Positions 44,215-55,674 of a stretch of 64,000 bases of DNA are shown one piece after another. The translations under genes and the position numbers were made by a program. The notes beneath the pieces are model-generated. The model was not told where the DNA came from. It saw only the letters and a list, made by a program, of their open reading frames with translations, and made no database searches. Position 1 is the stretch's first letter, and each line of letters starts with the position of its first letter. This DNA is from Penicillus capitatus (taxonomy: Eukaryota > Plantae > Chlorophyta): positions 1-64,000 of the forward strand of contig OZ287723.1 in assembly GCA_965649825.1 (NCBI GenBank), written 5' to 3'.

Positions 44215-44268
44215 TTGAAAAATCTCTTTAATTTTAAGTTTAATTTATCAGTAGAGACTTTTCAACTA
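44212..44268. terminator. Stem-loop between psbM and the convergent maturase-like ORF
   Basis: TAGTTGAAAAATCTCT / AGAGACTTTTCAACTA. Confidence 0.55.
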
Positions 44269-44283
44269 TAACTCTTATTTACT

Positions 44284-45366
44284 TCATTTTTGAGAAAAAA
44301 TGACAATTTTATCGTTAACTGAAAAAATCCATTTTTCTGATATTGATTGATTCCAGTAATAATTATATAGCCATTTGATATTTTTTTTTTTATGACGTTT
44401 TTTCATCCAATACCAAATTTGATAAAAAAAATAATCATTTCTATATATTTTTCTCCAATTAATAATTTTTCTATTGAAATTCGCAATAATTTTATCAATA
44501 GGTTGATTTTTATTAAAACATTTCTTTATTTCTTTTCTATAACTAAATAAATTTTTATAACTTGCTCGAGCTTTTAAATGGTTTGCACTTTTTTTAAAAA
44601 ACCATCCTAGAAAATATATACCATTTTTTAAACAAGAAAATTTTACAAATTGAAAATTAAGTCCATAAATTTTCGGATCTAAATAGAGACCTTGAAATTC
44701 TTTTTTTAAAAAAAATAAAGCAATGGTATTATATTCAAAAATTTCTACTGGAACAGAATTTGATAAATAAAGTTTTTTTTTTGCAGAATAATAAAAAGAT
44801 TTCGATACCGGAAATTGTTTAAAAGTTTTCAAATTCACTTTAAAATGAAAAATTACTAATTGTTTAAATATTTTTTTTAACAAAAAGAGTTTTTTTGATT
44901 TTTTTTTTTTGAATATTTCATTTAAAAAAAATTTTTTCTCAACCGATATATTTGATATTATCCAATACTTATTTTTTTTACTAAAAAAATTTGAAAATTT
45001 ACAAAAAAGAACATATTGAACAAACGATTTTTTTAAATATCGACGAAAAGTTTCATAAATTTTATTAGATTCGAAATATGTAAGACTTCTTTGATTATCC
45101 AGTATTGGCGATAATGCAAAAATCCATAATCTAACAACAATATCTCGTTTAAAGAATTGACGATATTTTTTTGAACCAAAATTCGTTTCTAAAAGATTAT
45201 CTTTTAGAATTTCATTAATTATTAATAATTGAATAAAACTATTTCGATGGAGTAATCGTTGATAATTGCGACAAAAACGTATACTTCTTTTTTTCTCATT
45301 AGACTGACGAATTGCTTTTTGAATCTTTAATAATTTACAGTACCCATAAAACCAAGGTGTTTTCAT
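44284..45366 (-). CDS. Free-standing degenerate group II intron RT/maturase-like ORF360
   Basis: RT-N-like start (LLKIQKAI..YQRLL), RT2a-like DIVVRLWIFALSPI, RT7 GIYFLGWFF, domain X (IIANFNRKIINWRKIY..QIWYWMKKRHKKKNIKWLYNYYW); no YADD; no flanking intron domain V seen. Confidence 0.78.
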   Translation of the reverse strand: MKTPWFYGYCKLLKIQKAIRQSNEKKRSIRFCRNYQRLLHRNSFIQLLIINEILKDNLLETNFGSKKYRQFFKRDIVVRLWIFALSPILDNQRSLTYFESNKIYETFRRYLKKSFVQYVLFCKFSNFFSKKNKYWIISNISVEKKFFLNEIFKKKKSKKLFLLKKIFKQLVIFHFKVNLKTFKQFPVSKSFYYSAKKKLYLSNSVPVEIFEYNTIALFFLKKEFQGLYLDPKIYGLNFQFVKFSCLKNGIYFLGWFFKKSANHLKARASYKNLFSYRKEIKKCFNKNQPIDKIIANFNRKIINWRKIYRNDYFFYQIWYWMKKRHKKKNIKWLYNYYWNQSISEKWIFSVNDKIVIFSQK

Positions 45367-45521
45367 ATTTTTAAATAATTATGTATTTTTAATTATGTAT
45401 TTTTTTTTATGTATTGTAAACCAAATTACTCACCTAATCGACTGATCTACTATTTGGTTTACAATTTGATTTCTAATTTAATTTTTTACAATTTTATATG
45501 TTTTTTAATTCAAACGAAAAT

Positions 45522-45725
45522 TTAAACGAAAAACGAATTAAGTATACCAACTATAAAAATAAGCAAAAACCATAAACCAATACCTATAAAAAATTTTTTT
45601 TTATTTTCTTTCCAACCTAAAGCAAAAGTGGTGGAAGAACCTAAAACAACAATAGGAAATCCAATAACTAATACAAATGAAACTGCTAGAAAAGAAAAAA
45701 CAGTAAATTGAAATAAAAAATTCAT
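45522..45725 (-). CDS. psbZ: Photosystem II PsbZ
   Basis: VSFVLVIGFPIV..GWKENKKKFFIGIGLWFLLIFIVGILNSFFV. Confidence 0.93.
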   Translation of the reverse strand: MNFLFQFTVFSFLAVSFVLVIGFPIVVLGSSTTFALGWKENKKKFFIGIGLWFLLIFIVGILNSFFV

Positions 45726-45738
45726 TTTAAACAATTTA

Positions 45739-47946
45739 CTAACCAAATTTACTCGAAGTAGATGCAATTACAAAAGCAGCATAAGTTAAAATATAGCCTA
45801 CAGTGAAGTGGACTAATCCAACTAAGCGTGCTTGTACAATCGATAAAGCTACAGGTTTATCGTGCCAATTAATTAAATTGGCCAATGGTGTTCGTTCATG
45901 AGCCCATGTGAGTGTTTCTATTAATTCTTGCCAATATCCACGCCACGAAATTAAGAACATAAATCCAGTGGCGTAAACTAAATGTCCAAAAAGGAACATC
46001 CACGCCCAAACAGATAAACTATTCATTCCAAATGGATTATATCCATTAATTAATTGAGATGAATTTAGCCATAAATAATCACGTAGCCAACCCATGAGAT
46101 AAGTTGAAGATTCATTAAATTGATTAACATTTCCCTGCCAAATACCTAAATGTTTCCAATGCCAATAAAATGTAACCCATCCAATTGTATTTAACATCCA
46201 AAATACAGATAAATAAAACGCATCCCATGCTGAGATATCGCAAGTACCTCCCCGACCAGGACCATCACATGGAAAACTATAACCAAAATCTTTTTTATCG
46301 GGCATAAGTTTTGAACCACGGGCATCTAAAGCTCCTTTAACTAAAATAAGAGTTGTGACATGTAAACCTAATGCAATAGCATGATGGACTAGAAAATCCC
46401 CAGGACCAATAATTAAAAATAATGAATTTGCTTTATTATTAATCGCACTTAACCAACCAGGCAGCCAAAGTGTTTGGCTAGCATCATATGCTGGACTTTG
46501 GTCATTTGAAAGAAATACATCGAAACCATAAAGGTTTTTACCATGAGCTGCTTGGATCCACTGTGCAAAAAGTGGTTCAATTAAAATTTGTTTTTCAGGT
46601 GTTCCAAAAGCAAGCATAACATCATTATGAATATAAAGCCCTAAGGTATGAAATCCTAAAAATAAACTTACCCAACTTAAATGTGATATAATTGCTTCTT
46701 TATGGTCTAATATTCGTGCGAGTACATTATTTTTATTTAATATTGGATCATAATCACGAATAAAAAATATAGCTCCATGTGCAAAGGCGCCACACATAAT
46801 AAAACCAGCAATATATTGGTGATGTGTATAAAGTGCTGCTTGTGTTGTAAAATCTTGCGCTAGAAAAGCATAAGCGGGGAGTGAATACATATGCTGCGCA
46901 ACTAATGAACAAATTGTACCTAATGAGGCTAAGGCTAAGCCTAATTGAAAATGTAAAGAATTATTTACTACATCAAATAATCCACTATGTCCAGTACCTA
47001 AACGACCACTTGGAGCAAAATGTATTTCTAAAATTTCTTTAAGACTATGTCCAATTCCAAAATTTGTGCGATACATGTGTCCAGCAATGATGAAAATAAC
47101 CGCAATTGCTAAATGATGATGAGCAATATCTGTTAACCATAAACTTTGTGTTTGGGGATGAAAACCACCAAGAAAAGTTAAAATAGCATCCCCGGAACCT
47201 TCATAAGTTCCGAAAAGATGGCTTCCTGTATCTGGGTTTTGGGAATATGCATTCCAATTCCCTGTAAAAAAGGGTGTTAATCCTTTCGGATGAGGTAACG
47301 TTGTTAAAAAATTAGACCATCGAACCGAAATTCCTCGTGATTGTGGTATAGCTACGTGAACTAAATGCCCAGTCCAAGCAAGTGAACTTATACCAAAAAG
47401 ACCTGCTAAATGATGATTTAATCGAGATTCGGCATTTTTAAACCACCAAAAAGTTGGTTGAAATTTTGGTTGAAGATGTAACCATCCGGCAAATAAAAAT
47501 ACTCCAGAAACAATTAATAAAAAAACGGCACCTTGATAAAGATCTTGATTTGATGTACAACCTATAGTATACCACCATTGATAAACTCCGGAAGTTGCAA
47601 TATTTACAGGACCAGAAGTAGTTCCTCCTCTCGTAAATGCTTCAACCGCAGCTTGGCCAAAATGAGGATCCCAAATAGCATGAGCAATTGGTCTTATATG
47701 CAAAGGGTCTAAGACCCATTGTTCAAAATTTCCCTGCCAAGCCACATGAAATAAATTTCCAGAAGTCCATAAAAAAATAATAGCTAATTGACCAAAATGT
47801 GACGCAAAAATTTTTTGATATAGTGCTTCTTCAGTCATATCATCATGACTTTCAAAATCATGTGCTGTTGCAATACCATACCAAAGACGTCGTGTGGTTG
47901 GATCGTTCGCCAGACTTTGACTAAATTTTGGGAATTTTGTAATCAT
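45739..47946 (-). CDS. psaB: Photosystem I P700 apoprotein A2
   Basis: [20 protein letters not shown] and ASTSSKFG motifs. Confidence 0.99.
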   Translation of the reverse strand: MITKFPKFSQSLANDPTTRRLWYGIATAHDFESHDDMTEEALYQKIFASHFGQLAIIFLWTSGNLFHVAWQGNFEQWVLDPLHIRPIAHAIWDPHFGQAAVEAFTRGGTTSGPVNIATSGVYQWWYTIGCTSNQDLYQGAVFLLIVSGVFLFAGWLHLQPKFQPTFWWFKNAESRLNHHLAGLFGISSLAWTGHLVHVAIPQSRGISVRWSNFLTTLPHPKGLTPFFTGNWNAYSQNPDTGSHLFGTYEGSGDAILTFLGGFHPQTQSLWLTDIAHHHLAIAVIFIIAGHMYRTNFGIGHSLKEILEIHFAPSGRLGTGHSGLFDVVNNSLHFQLGLALASLGTICSLVAQHMYSLPAYAFLAQDFTTQAALYTHHQYIAGFIMCGAFAHGAIFFIRDYDPILNKNNVLARILDHKEAIISHLSWVSLFLGFHTLGLYIHNDVMLAFGTPEKQILIEPLFAQWIQAAHGKNLYGFDVFLSNDQSPAYDASQTLWLPGWLSAINNKANSLFLIIGPGDFLVHHAIALGLHVTTLILVKGALDARGSKLMPDKKDFGYSFPCDGPGRGGTCDISAWDAFYLSVFWMLNTIGWVTFYWHWKHLGIWQGNVNQFNESSTYLMGWLRDYLWLNSSQLINGYNPFGMNSLSVWAWMFLFGHLVYATGFMFLISWRGYWQELIETLTWAHERTPLANLINWHDKPVALSIVQARLVGLVHFTVGYILTYAAFVIASTSSKFG

Positions 47947-48053
47947 ATTAAATTTTAAATTAAACTAATTTTTTTATTTTGAGTCATAAAATTAAATCAG
48001 TATTTAGATGCTTGAGGGGTAGTGTACTGGTATTATAATGTACTAAATAGATA

Positions 48054-51000
48054 TTAAAAATATCCAGTACCAATTGGTACTAATTTTCCTAAAATAACAT
48101 TTTGTTTTAATCCCCGAAGAAAATCAGTTTGATTTTGAATTGCAGCTCGACCAAGAATTCGAGTTGTTTCTTGAAAACTTGCGGCTGACAAAAAACTTGA
48201 GGTTTCTAGACAAGTTTTTGTCATTCCGAGTAATATTGGTTCATATTTAATTTGATTTGATGAATAATTTAAATTATTCATTCGATGTACCCACTCAAAT
48301 GCGACAATTTCGCCATGAAGTAATCCTGTTTCACCGGGTTCTAAAATCAAAACATTTGATGTCATTTGTCGAACAATAATTTCAATATGTTTATCTGAAA
48401 TATGTATACCCTGACCACAATAAATACGTTGAATATTATTTATGACTGATGCTTGAAGTTCTTGAAGTCCTTGAAAATTTTCCAATTGTTTCTTCATTTC
48501 TCTTTTAGAAATTTTTTTTAAGAATTCCTGAAAATTATATTTTGATTTTTTTCGAGCCTCGAATACTTCTTCGATTTTAGGAATTCCTTGCACAATATCT
48601 CCAGTTTTTGCTTGATTAAAAAAAATACTATATAAAGGTTGATTTTTATAAATAATTTCACCGTGATAGATATATAAAATACTTTGATCGCTTAAAAGGT
48701 AATTTGTTGTTTTTCTAAATAAAAGAGTATTATAAGTTTTTGCGACTAATAGACCTTCATAATTAGTGGTTAATTCATCTCTTCCAAAGAATGATCCTAG
48801 CATTTGTTGAAAATTATCAATTTCAGAAAATTTCTTACCTAATAAACATAAACACAATTTTTTTCTATTTTGAAAATTATTTATTAGAAATAATTTAATT
48901 TTTTTTTTTTGAAGAGGTAAAAATTTACAGGAAAAATAATTTTCAATATTAGTAAATAAAAAGTTATGTTTTTGTATTTTTACAAGTGGATTTAAAATTT
49001 CACTATTTGTAAAAAATGAAAATAAACGAATAAAAATTGGATTTTCAAAAGAATAAAAAAATTTTTTTTGAATTATTTTTAGGTTAATGTTTTTGATTTT
49101 TGAAAATAAACTTTTATTTTTTTCAGAAAGCAATTGAAATTTTGGAGAATAATATGAAAATAAATGAAAACTTATTGGACGAATATTTAATAATTCGAAT
49201 TTATTTTTATTTGAAAAATAAGGTATTTGAAATTTTAAAAATGGGAAAAATTTCTTTTTTGATTTTTTCTGGTTTATTTTTTTTAAATATTTCCAATCGT
49301 TAAGTATTATTTTTATTTTATTAAATAATGAAAATCTCAAATTTTTCGAAATTTTGAAAAATTTGGTAGCTGGCCCACCAACAGTGGTTTGTTTTTTATT
49401 TATAGAATATAAATAATTTCGATTGTTTATCATAAATGTCCAACATTTGGAAGATGAAACGAAAAGAAAAAAAGTTCTATTAAAATTTTTTTTAAATAAT
49501 TTCGAATATTGTTTTTTTTTTGGTATTAGCGATTTCAAATAACGTATTTTATATTTTTGAAAATTTTTTGAAATTTGATTTTTTTGAAAAATTAAAGATT
49601 TTTTTGAAATAGACTCTACTTGTTCATTATACTTATTTGTTTGAATTTTTAGAAAATTATAAATATTTTTATTTCTTTTAACTGAAAGTTTACGAGAATT
49701 TTTTTTTTTTTGAATATTTTTTCTAAAATTCATAAATTTTTGAACAGGTTTTTGAGGTTTTCTATTCAGAAAACGAATTTTAAAATTTTTAAGAAAAGAA
49801 AAATTTTTTAATAAAAAACAATATGTATTCAAATAAAAATTAATCGTTTTTTGTTGAATTTTTGTTAAATCAACTTTAATCAAATTTCTTTGAGAAATGA
49901 TGGAATGTGGTAAAATTTTTTCTAATATAAAAATATTTTCTTGTTTCACATTACTAAAATTTTTTAAAGAAGGAAAAATTATAAAATCTTTATTTCTTAA
50001 AGGTAAATTTTTTTTTTTCTTTTTTTGAATAAAATTTTTTAAATATGTTGAAGAGCCAGTTTCCGATTTATGGCCAAAAAAACACCATTTTTCTTGGATA
50101 ATATTGGATGAAAGTTTTTTATTTTCTTTGCGTTTGCGAAACCAACGCCGATTTTTTCTGAAATAAAGAAGAATTCTAATATATACATTATCACCAATTT
50201 TTAACTGATTTTGTTTTTTTTGAAATTTACAAAAATAATATTTGTATTGATGTGGAAAAATTTTTCTTAAAAAAATTGCCGCAAAAATATATTGAGAAGT
50301 TGAGATATTTTTCCAATGAAGAATTCTTGGTTTAACTTGAAAATTTTGTCGAATACAATTTGAACAAAAATTTTTTAAAAAATTTTTGGGAAATACAGAG
50401 TTCAAAAAGTTTTCTTTATTTAATTGAAAAGTTCGATTTGAATTTGTTGTAGAATAAATTGTTTTAGTTCTATATTTGTAAATTCCTTGCCGATTAATAA
50501 AAAAAATAAATAAGTTTTGATTTATTTTTTTATGTTTGTGTTGAATTTGAAATGAAAATATAGAAAAAACATGATAAGAAGTATTAATTAAATATTTTGT
50601 AATTTTTTCCCAGAGCGTAATAGGTGGCATATTCCATAATTGAGGAAAATTTATAATTTCACGGAACGTGAATCTAGTTGTTAAAAATTTTGCATTCAAA
50701 ATTGGCCTTGTAGATAAATAACCTAGATTTTTAAAAAAAATTGGAACCTCCGAAACTTGTTTTACAAAATATTTATTGGGATGACTCAGAACAATTTGTC
50801 TAAAAGGAATGGATTTATCTGTTAAATCTAATTCTTGGAAAAAACAATTTCTTTGTTTTTTCCAAATCGATAAAAATTGTGCTGATAAAATCCAAAACTT
50901 ATTAATACCCTGAAGGCAATTAGTTTGTTTTCGTTTCAAAAAATCAAATTTTGTTTTTTCAAATAAAACAAAATTTTCAACATATATTTCACCTGAAGTT

Positions 51001-52352
51001 AAAGATAAAACAGTTTGTTCATTTTCGAATTCGAAATTATTTTCGTTTTCAAAAAAAGGAATTTCTGCCATTAACTGTGTTTGAAGTATATCTTCACCTT
51101 CTTTGACATACAAAAGACTCCCATTTTGAAAATTAAATTTTATCTTTTTTTGTTGACTTTTTTTTATTTGAAAAGTTCCGTTATTTTTAGTCAAATAGGC
51201 TATTTTCCCTTGTTGTGTTCGAATTAAAAATCCAATACACGAAAATAAATACTTAATTTTTCCTGTACAAGGTGCGTATATTTTATCCAAAAGTACTCCA
51301 GTAAAAACTCCTCCTGTGTGAAATGTCCGCATTGTAAGTTGAGTTCCCGGTTCTCCAATAGATTGCGCTGCTAATATACCCACAGCCTCACCTATAGATA
51401 CTAATTGACCTTCCGCTAAATTCCAACCATAACAAAATTGACAAATAAATCGATTCGATTTACAAGTGAGAGGAGAACGAATTTGAACTTTTTGTCGAAC
51501 TTCACAAATTTTTTGACTAACTTTTTTTGAAATTTCTTGGTTTTTTAAACCAATAATGACACATTTTGATGGACAATAAATTTGTTCAGCTAAAATGCGA
51601 CCGATTAAACGTTGTTTTAAAGATAATATTTTTTTCTGTTTATTATCATATAAATCTTCAATAATAATGCCACGAGAATCATTACAATCAATTTGACTTA
51701 CTATCACGTGGTGTGCAACATCAACCAATCTTCGAGTTAAATAACCTGAAGCTGCAGTACGTAACGCTGTATCAACAATTCCTTTTCGAGCTCCAGAACA
51801 AGAGATAAGATATTCTGTTAATGTTAAACCTTCTCGAAAATTACTACGTATTGGAAAATCAATAATTTGTCCTTGGGGATCAGCCATAAGTCCCCGCATA
51901 CCAACAAGCTGACGTATTTGTGAGATGTTTCCTCGAGCCCCGGAAAAAGACATAAAATAAACTGGATTAAAAAAATCGAAAAATTTAAAAGATTCTAATA
52001 CTTGATTTTTTAATTTTTCACTTGTACGATTCCAAATCTCTAAGGTACCCTGATAATGTTCAATTGCTGTTAAATTTCCTATTACAAGATCGAAGTCAGT
52101 TTTGAAAATTTCATTTTCCGAAGCTAATAAAGTATATGATTTTGATTTCGGAATTCTCAAATCATCGATACTAATTGAAAATCCGGCTTCTGTTGCAGAA
52201 TGAAAACCGAGAAGTTTAATTTTTTCCAAAAATTTTAGAAGTCTATAATGTCCATGATGATTCTTTTTCAAAAACCAATGAAGAAAGCTATTAAATCGTC
52301 GTTTATCAAAACACTGATTAAAAAAAATTACAGGAGTTAATTTATATTTCAT
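48054..52352 (-). CDS. rpoC2: RNA polymerase beta'' subunit
   Basis: ARKGIVDTALRTA..GYLTRRLVDV, SIGEPGTQLTMRTFHTGG, DIVQGIPK and SAASFQETT motifs. Confidence 0.96.
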   Translation of the reverse strand: MKYKLTPVIFFNQCFDKRRFNSFLHWFLKKNHHGHYRLLKFLEKIKLLGFHSATEAGFSISIDDLRIPKSKSYTLLASENEIFKTDFDLVIGNLTAIEHYQGTLEIWNRTSEKLKNQVLESFKFFDFFNPVYFMSFSGARGNISQIRQLVGMRGLMADPQGQIIDFPIRSNFREGLTLTEYLISCSGARKGIVDTALRTAASGYLTRRLVDVAHHVIVSQIDCNDSRGIIIEDLYDNKQKKILSLKQRLIGRILAEQIYCPSKCVIIGLKNQEISKKVSQKICEVRQKVQIRSPLTCKSNRFICQFCYGWNLAEGQLVSIGEAVGILAAQSIGEPGTQLTMRTFHTGGVFTGVLLDKIYAPCTGKIKYLFSCIGFLIRTQQGKIAYLTKNNGTFQIKKSQQKKIKFNFQNGSLLYVKEGEDILQTQLMAEIPFFENENNFEFENEQTVLSLTSGEIYVENFVLFEKTKFDFLKRKQTNCLQGINKFWILSAQFLSIWKKQRNCFFQELDLTDKSIPFRQIVLSHPNKYFVKQVSEVPIFFKNLGYLSTRPILNAKFLTTRFTFREIINFPQLWNMPPITLWEKITKYLINTSYHVFSIFSFQIQHKHKKINQNLFIFFINRQGIYKYRTKTIYSTTNSNRTFQLNKENFLNSVFPKNFLKNFCSNCIRQNFQVKPRILHWKNISTSQYIFAAIFLRKIFPHQYKYYFCKFQKKQNQLKIGDNVYIRILLYFRKNRRWFRKRKENKKLSSNIIQEKWCFFGHKSETGSSTYLKNFIQKKKKKNLPLRNKDFIIFPSLKNFSNVKQENIFILEKILPHSIISQRNLIKVDLTKIQQKTINFYLNTYCFLLKNFSFLKNFKIRFLNRKPQKPVQKFMNFRKNIQKKKNSRKLSVKRNKNIYNFLKIQTNKYNEQVESISKKSLIFQKNQISKNFQKYKIRYLKSLIPKKKQYSKLFKKNFNRTFFLFVSSSKCWTFMINNRNYLYSINKKQTTVGGPATKFFKISKNLRFSLFNKIKIILNDWKYLKKINQKKSKKKFFPFLKFQIPYFSNKNKFELLNIRPISFHLFSYYSPKFQLLSEKNKSLFSKIKNINLKIIQKKFFYSFENPIFIRLFSFFTNSEILNPLVKIQKHNFLFTNIENYFSCKFLPLQKKKIKLFLINNFQNRKKLCLCLLGKKFSEIDNFQQMLGSFFGRDELTTNYEGLLVAKTYNTLLFRKTTNYLLSDQSILYIYHGEIIYKNQPLYSIFFNQAKTGDIVQGIPKIEEVFEARKKSKYNFQEFLKKISKREMKKQLENFQGLQELQASVINNIQRIYCGQGIHISDKHIEIIVRQMTSNVLILEPGETGLLHGEIVAFEWVHRMNNLNYSSNQIKYEPILLGMTKTCLETSSFLSAASFQETTRILGRAAIQNQTDFLRGLKQNVILGKLVPIGTGYF

Positions 52353-55048
52353 AATAAATTTTGATAAAATTTCAATTGACCATAAGTAGTTCTTATTTTT
52401 CTTAATATTTCAGCTCCACTAAAATGGTATTGTTGACATAATTCATGTCGGAATTTTTGAAAATTTCCATCGGAATTCAAACGAATTTCAATTAATTTTT
52501 GTATTTTTTTTTCTGTTTCATATCCACTTATATAAGGGTTTAAGCTGCACCAAACAAAATTTTGATTAGTAATACGAGGTAAATTCTTAGAAAAATAAAT
52601 TAAAGCAATATTTGATAATAAAATATCTCGAGTTTGTTTGGAAAACATTTTTTTAGATGTTGTAGAAAAAAAAGGTTTTTTAAAAAGAAGATTTTTTAAA
52701 AATTCAAATGAAACTTTTTCAGTCCATATTCTGCGAATATTTTTAATTGTTAAAAATGAACTTCCTAAAATCATATCTTGACTTGGAGAACATGTTGGTG
52801 CATGAGTCGCAATCGAAAAAAGATTATTTTGGGACCAATTTATTTTCCAAGCTTCTGCTTGTGCTTGAAAAGATAAAGGGATATGAACACCCATTTGATC
52901 ACCATCAAAATCGGCATTAAAAGCAGCACACACTAATGGATGTAATAAAATCGCTTTACCGTCAATTAATTTTGGCTTAAATGTTTGAATACTTAAACGA
53001 TGGAGGGTTGGTGCTCTATTTAATAATATTGGATGACTTTGAACAATTTCTTTAAGCAAATTATAAATAAATTTTGTTTTTTTATTTAATAATTTTTTTG
53101 CTCCTACAATTGTTTTTGCTTGCTTTTTTAACATTAAAACTTTGAGTAAAAACGGCTGAAATAACTCAAATGCAATTTCTTCTGGTAAACCACATTCATA
53201 TATTTTTAGCGACGGACCTACAACAATAACAGATCTTCCAGAATAATCGACACGTTTACCTAATAAATTTTGTCTAAAACGCCCTTTTTTACCTTTAAAT
53301 AAATCCGATAAAGATTTTAAGTCAGCATTTTTTTTCCCAAAGATATCAATATCGTTATCAGCATCAGCATCAGCATCAGCATCAGCATCAATATCAGTAT
53401 TAGTAAAAACGTCAGTATTCGAATCAACGCTAACATTAATGTTTTGGTTTGAATTTTTATTTTTTGTATTAAGTTTTATATTAGTTTCTGCAGTTTCTGT
53501 AGTTTCCGCAGTTTCTGTAGTTTCCGCAGTTTCTGTAGTTTCCGCAGTTTCTGTAGTTTCCGCAGTTTCTGTAGTTTCCGCAGTTTCTGTAGTTTCCGCA
53601 GTTTCTGTAGTTTCCGCAGTTTCTGTAGTTTCTGCAGTTTCTGCAGTAATTTCATTATCAATTAAAGAATTAATCGACTCTTGTAATAATCTTTGTGAAT
53701 ATTGTATAGCTTCTGAATTCAAACAATGAAAATTTGAATCAAATTTTATTATATATAAAAGCCTTTTATTTCTAAAAATAACGTTTTGATAAAGTTTATT
53801 CAAATCTGATACAGCAAGTTCATTCTTACTATCAATAAGATTTTTATTACTTTTGTTTAACATTACTATAGGACGTAAATTAGGTGGTAAAACTGGAAAT
53901 ACACTTAAAATCATAGAAGCTGGGTTTGTTTGATTATATCGAAAAGATCTTAAATATTTTAAACGACGATAAAGGTGAATTTTATATAAAAATAATTCAA
54001 AAGAGGGTTTGAAATATCTTAATTTAAATAAGTCAAATTGAATTTGAATCTCTAGTAATTTTTCATCACTATAATTATATTGTATTAATTGAGTAAGCCA
54101 TGTTCGCATTATTTGAGCTCCTGTTAAACAAAATAATTGAGATTCAGATTTCCATAAATGCACAATTCCTGGAGGGCCTAGATAAAATTTTTTCAACCGA
54201 TCTTTTTTTTGTGGAAATTTTACAAAAAAAAAAACGAAAGAAAGCCATTCGGGAATAGTGTGCCAACTGAACATTTTCGAAATTACGCTAAAACCAAAAA
54301 AAAGAGCAGAATCTTTTAGACCACCATTTTTCCAAATAGATTTTTTGTATATTTTTTTTAGAGGTTGCATTTGAACATCATATTGGATTTGCCAATTAAA
54401 TAATAAATACTCAATTTGATGTTCTTCTTGTTTTTCAAAATTCCAAAATTTTGAAAATCTCCGAAATTTCAAGTTAAAATTTAAAATATCTGAAGAAGCA
54501 AAAGTAGTACGACGCAATAAAAGTGGTTTAAAATCCTTCTCACAAGGCGATAATGGGAGCAAAAAAGGTCTAAGTTCTTTCTTTATCTTTAGATTAAAGG
54601 GCAAAGGTTTGAGTTCTTTTGGAAAAATTGTCCGTGAAATATTTTGAGTACAATAAAGCAAAGATTCAATTTTTTTTTTTGGCAAATTTAAAAACAAAGA
54701 AAAATAGTTGCCCTTTAAAAACCAAGTATGTGCAACAGCGGAAATAAATTGAATATAACCCAAACGATACCGTCGAACACGTGATGAAATGTACTCCACT
54801 TCACATTGAGGACAAAATTTATGTCCTCGTTGTGAACTGATTCCACATGCACAAATATAATCATTAACTGGCCCGAAAATACGTTCACAAAACAGTCCAT
54901 CTTTTTCGGGTTTTAGTGTTTGATAATTAATTGTTTTCGAACTTGATATTTGACCATTAATTATTTTTCCATTTGATAAATATCGTCGAGCCCATTTTCT
55001 TATCATTTCACTTGTTGCTAAACGTAAACGAATTGCTTTGAATTTCAT
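52349..55048 (-). CDS. rpoC1: RNA polymerase beta' subunit
   Basis: [10 protein letters not shown], zinc finger CACG..[25 protein letters not shown] and NADFDGDQM motifs. Confidence 0.97.
   Translation of the reverse strand: [899 protein letters not shown]
53360..53647 (-). repeat. In-frame tandem repeats in rpoC1: (TAE/TTE)x18 and (DA)n
   Basis: 9/18-bp units GAAACTACA/GAAACTGCG; 6-bp GATGCT units. Confidence 0.95.
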
Positions 55049-55059
55049 AAATAAAATTT

Positions 55060-55455
55060 TTAACGTTTCGAGTATTGTGGTGCTTTGCGTGCTTTCTTTA
55101 AACCATATTTTCGACGCTCTTTAACTCGTGAATCTTGTGTAAGCAAATTTTTTTTTTTTAAAATATTCATTGAAATTTCCATTTGGTAGAATGTTCGAGC
55201 TAGAGCTAAACAAATTGCTTTTTTTTGACCCGTATTTCCTCCACCGAAAATTTGAATTTTTATATTCAAAGGATAAGGAGGTATATCATCGAAAGTTAAG
55301 AATTGCCGAATACTATCAATCGCATTTTTATCATTTTGAAAATAATTAGAAACAGTTTTATTATTAATAATAATTGTTGTTGTTTCTATTTCTGTTTTTG
55401 TAATAAAAACTTTTGCTATTGCTGATTTATGACGACCTATTCCATAATATTTCAT
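55060..55455 (-). CDS. rps9: Ribosomal protein S9
   Basis: [18 protein letters not shown] and [19 protein letters not shown] motifs. Confidence 0.97.
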   Translation of the reverse strand: MKYYGIGRHKSAIAKVFITKTEIETTTIIINNKTVSNYFQNDKNAIDSIRQFLTFDDIPPYPLNIKIQIFGGGNTGQKKAICLALARTFYQMEISMNILKKKNLLTQDSRVKERRKYGLKKARKAPQYSKR

Positions 55456-55497
55456 AGTTTTTTTTAAACAAAATTCATAAAAAATTTTATAAGCTTC

Positions 55498-55571
55498 AGC
55501 CTATTACTAGAATTGAACTAGTAACCTCCCGCGTATGAAACGGATACTCTTACCAATTGAGCTAAATAGGC
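55498..55571 (-). tRNA. trnM: Elongator tRNA-Met(CAU)
   Basis: GCCTATTTAGCTCA..TTTCATACG matches plastid elongator Met. Confidence 0.88.
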
Positions 55572-55587
55572 CTCTTATTTGCTTTTT

Positions 55588-55674
55588 TGTTGCTACCCGG
55601 ACTTGAACCGGGATTGACGTAGAACGTCAGCAGACCCCTCAAGCCTGTGTGTCTACCTATTTCACCATAACAAC
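55588..55674 (-). tRNA. trnL: tRNA-Leu(GAG)
   Basis: Anticodon arm CAGGC-TTGAGGG-GTCTG; variable-arm hairpin TGACG/CGTCA. Confidence 0.88.

Noticed and set aside
53439-53729. Antisense (SAVSVV)n ORF and alternate-frame (KLQKLR)n ORF at 53476-53661
   Set aside because: By-products of the stop-free 9/18-bp repeat inside rpoC1
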